Positions 61,001 through 64,000 of a stretch of DNA of 64,000 nt are shown here, in pieces; position 1 is the stretch's first letter; the number at the start of each line of letters is the position of its first letter. This DNA comes from Anolis carolinensis. Its lineage: Eukaryota. Under the pieces are notes generated by a model. The model worked only from the letters and a program-made list of their open reading frames with translations. It had not been told where the DNA came from and did not search any database. The stretch lies in the NCBI RefSeq assembly GCF_035594765.1, contig NC_085846.1:6249190-6313189 (forward strand), read 5' to 3'. The position numbers and the translations under genes were made by a program.

Positions 61001-61208
61001 TTTTCTGCTCTGTCAGCTCTGCAGAGTTCACTCCTTTCACAGAAACTATAGACAGTTAACCTAGCAAAGCCCCTTCCCTCACATTTGTCTCAAGAGGAAG
61101 TAGGTTGGGTTGCTGTGAGTTTTCCAGGCTGTATGACCATATTCCAGAAGTATTCTCTCCTGATTCAGGCATCATCAGGGGTTGTTAGGTCTGTTGGAAA
61201 CTAGGCAA

Positions 61209-61542
61209 TCTATATATATAAAAGAGTGATGGCATCACGGCAGCGGACAAAACAACAAAAGTAAACACCCCACAACCTCGAAAATTGACATCACAACCCC
61301 TCATCCATGCCTCTAGGTTGATACAATAAAAAGAAAAGAAAAATAAAGTCCTAATTAGAGGGAGAGGAATAATTGTTTTTATCCAGTTGCTGCCAGTTAG
61401 AAGGCTAAGCTCTGCTCACTTGGTCTCCTAGCAACCCACTCAGCCCAGGGGACCCTTTACCTTAACTACCACCAATTCCTCAACACTTTATTTCCCATAC
61501 CACCATACTTCGCCACAGCAACGCGTGTCCGGGCACAGCTAG
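61209..61542 (+). mobile_element. Non-autonomous Helitron nested in a Penelope fragment
   Basis: A|TC...CTAG|T termini; the flanks rejoin into the Penelope sequence. Confidence 0.78.
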
Positions 61543-62132
61543 TGAGATTTATATATCTGTTGATTGTCCAGGGTGGGAGAAAGAACTCTTGTCTGTTGGA
61601 GGCAAGTGTGAATGTTGCAATTGCCCAACTTGATTAGCATTGAATGGCCTTGCAGCTTTGAAGCTGCCTGCCATAGATGTGGGTGAAAAATCAGGAAAGA
61701 ATGCTTTTGGAACATGGCCACACAGCCTGGAAAACACACAGCAACCCAGTTATTCCGGCCATGAAAGCCTTCGATAATAGAAAGTGGGTTGGCTGCTTGT
61801 GTGTGCATGTGTGTGTGTCATCAGTTTTTATTTCGCACCGATCACAGATTCCTAAGACTTCCCTGCACTTGTGACCTAAACTTTCCTAGAGGCTCCTGCT
61901 TTGCAGCTGAAAGCTTCCTGTTTATATGTTCTGCTCAGTCAGCTTTCAAAGCTTATTCCTGTCACAGAAACCATGCTTAACTTAGCAAAGCTGCTTTCTT
62001 ACACCACGCTGAAAGAGATACCCTTGCTCTGGCATGGCGGCTTCTCTTTGCCCAGCAGAAAGGCCTGCTTTTAATCAGTCCTAATGTTCTCACTTGGCGG
62101 TGTCTTCTTGTTCTCCATCTTCTTCTTGGCAG

Positions 62133-62306
62133 CTCAGTGAAGATGAGTTTGAATCAGACCGAGAAGAGTATCGGGCCAAGTCGGAGAGTGGCGGCAGCGA
62201 TTATGGAGGAGTGGGGAAGAAGAAGCGAAGGAAGCACCGGGAGAAGAAGGAGAAAAAGACCAAGCGGCGGAAAAAGTCGGAAGAAGATGGAGTGCAAAAG
62301 CCAAAG
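62133..62306 (+). CDS. CHD3: CHD3 exon 3 ([24 protein letters not shown]...[11 protein letters not shown]...QKPK)
   Basis: gcag acceptor, aag|gtagga donor, 174 nt; gene continues past the window. Confidence 0.95.
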
Positions 62307-63290
62307 GTAGGAAGGCCCTTGGAACCTAGGGGAGAGTGGGCTAAAGTTGCTGCCTCGCACTTGATGGTTGAGCTAAAAAGAAAAAATACAGTCAGAATTT
62401 AGAGAAGTTACTGTTTTGGACTCTAACTCCTAGGATCCCCTGTCCACATGGCTGGTTTCTCTCACATCCTGTGCCAGCACCCAGATGGATGCGGTTGGGT
62501 TTCTTTACAAGAACTGAAGAAAGGCAGAAACTGTGTACAAGCAGGAATAGCTGTTTGATTGTTGTAATGTTGTAATTGTATATGTGCTACTTATTTATGC
62601 CAAGTGACCTCACTAGATAGGATCCAGAAGCACAGGTATCAAAATATTACCCAAAAAAACAAAACTGTGACGCAAAATCAAACAGGCTCGACTACAAGAC
62701 CGAAGCAATAAACAAGGGGCAAAAGTTTCTTCTTTTATATTTGTAACCAAACACAAATAAGATGGTTCCAGTTAACCAATCAAAGAGCCTGAAGCCTAGA
62801 ACCTTCCTATACTTAGTCTATGTATTCTTTCTCACGTGACTCTTTGACAAGGGGAAGCGCAGGGTGAGGGGGGGATGCTTCTCATTCATGACTCACATTG
62901 TAACCTTGAGTTCACTGAAGACCACGTGGGTCTTTCTGGTGACACAAGTTGTGCACTCATTTGAATCCTTGTTGATTTTATATTTTATAGAATTCATATA
63001 TCACACCCGCAATGTAAGAAGGTCTTATGGAAGTCCTAGTTTAAAAATAAGAGCAATCTCAGTGTACAAATATCTCCCAACAGTATGAAACAGGATAAAA
63101 GAATAACCGTAAATAAAAATCAGAAGGCCAAATAAAGCATTATAGAAATGGACATCCTTGGGGGGGAGGGGAGAAGCCTGAATAATTTTTCCATGTATAT
63201 CAAGTGCAGCAAAGAACCAGCATGTTGTAGCAGTTTAAGTATAAATTGGATCTACAATGTAGAATTGATGCAGTTTGACTCCACTTTAAC

Positions 63291-63430
63291 TTATTTATTT
63301 ATCCTATCAGAAGCAAAACAAGTTTGTTTGTTTGCATGCTGCAAGTCACTTCTGGTGTGAGAGAATTAGCCATCTACAAAGACATTGCCCAGGAGACGCC
63401 TGGATGTGTGGAGGCTTCTTTCATGTCCCC
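63291..63430 (-). mobile_element. Short non-autonomous retroposon (Vingi-like ends) with 12-bp TSD
   Basis: TSD CTCCACTTTAAC at 63279-63290 and 63431-63442; (TAAA) tail; family assignment is from recollection. Confidence 0.65.
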
Positions 63431-64000
63431 CTCCACTTTAACTGCTATGACTCCATTTTATAGAATCTTGGGATTTGTAGTTTGGCAGAAAAGAGTAAAG
63501 ACTTTGTAGAACTACAGTTTCCACGATTCCATAGCATCGAGTCATGGCAGTTAAACTAATGTAAAACTGCATTGAGTCTACAGAGCAGACTCCCGGAGAC
63601 CAGGGTTGGAAATCTATGAGGTGACCTTGAGCAAGTCACACTTTCTCAGCTTCAGAGGATAGTAGTAGCAGACCTCGGGATAAACCTTTGCAAGAAAACT
63701 CATGACAGATTCGCCAGAAGTCAGAGCCGTCCTGAAGGCACATAATAGCAGCAAATCAGGTGTAACACAGAATACATCACAGAATCCCACTTGGTTCTCT
63801 TCCCCTGCCTCCAATCCTTTGGGACTATCTCGGCATGCATCAATTGCCAGAGTGTGAAGGGATTACAGTAATGCTCGAACAGCCACAGAGGCTGAATTTG
63901 TCAGGGCATGCTTGACCTCCCTTCACAGCACACTGGTGTAGTGATACGTATGTCCACCTGTGTGTCCCAGATGTGTTTCTAGCCTTGCATTTCTTCTCTC

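Overview
Vertebrate (squamate, Anolis-like repeat content) genomic DNA carrying the gene block that is syntenic with human 17p13.1. It holds the last seven coding exons and long 3' UTR of KDM6B/JMJD3 (+), then TMEM88 (+, 2 exons, 171 aa, C-terminal VWV), NAA38/LSMD1 (-, 3 exons, 123 aa) head-to-head with CYB5D1 (+, 4 exons, 217 aa), and the first three coding exons of CHD3 (+). Introns and intergenic DNA are dense in lizard repeats: CR1, L1, L2, Vingi-like and Penelope fragments, Sauria and other SINEs, hAT/Tigger/Harbinger-type MITEs and Helitrons. Most notable observations: (1) a chimeric retroposon in CHD3 intron 1, where a pre-tRNA-Gly(GCC) copy with leader and UUU trailer is fused to a full-length Sauria SINE and the whole unit is flanked by one 12-bp target-site duplication; (2) a mirror-symmetric (inverted-repeat) bidirectional NAA38/CYB5D1 promoter; (3) a KDM6B intron splitting the zinc-binding domain, with competing donors, a purine-rich repeat-free segment and an intronic poly(A) signal, a candidate for the regulated retention/truncation known for KDM6B in reptiles; (4) a candidate tiny alternative first exon of CHD3. 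All calls were made by eye without database searches.
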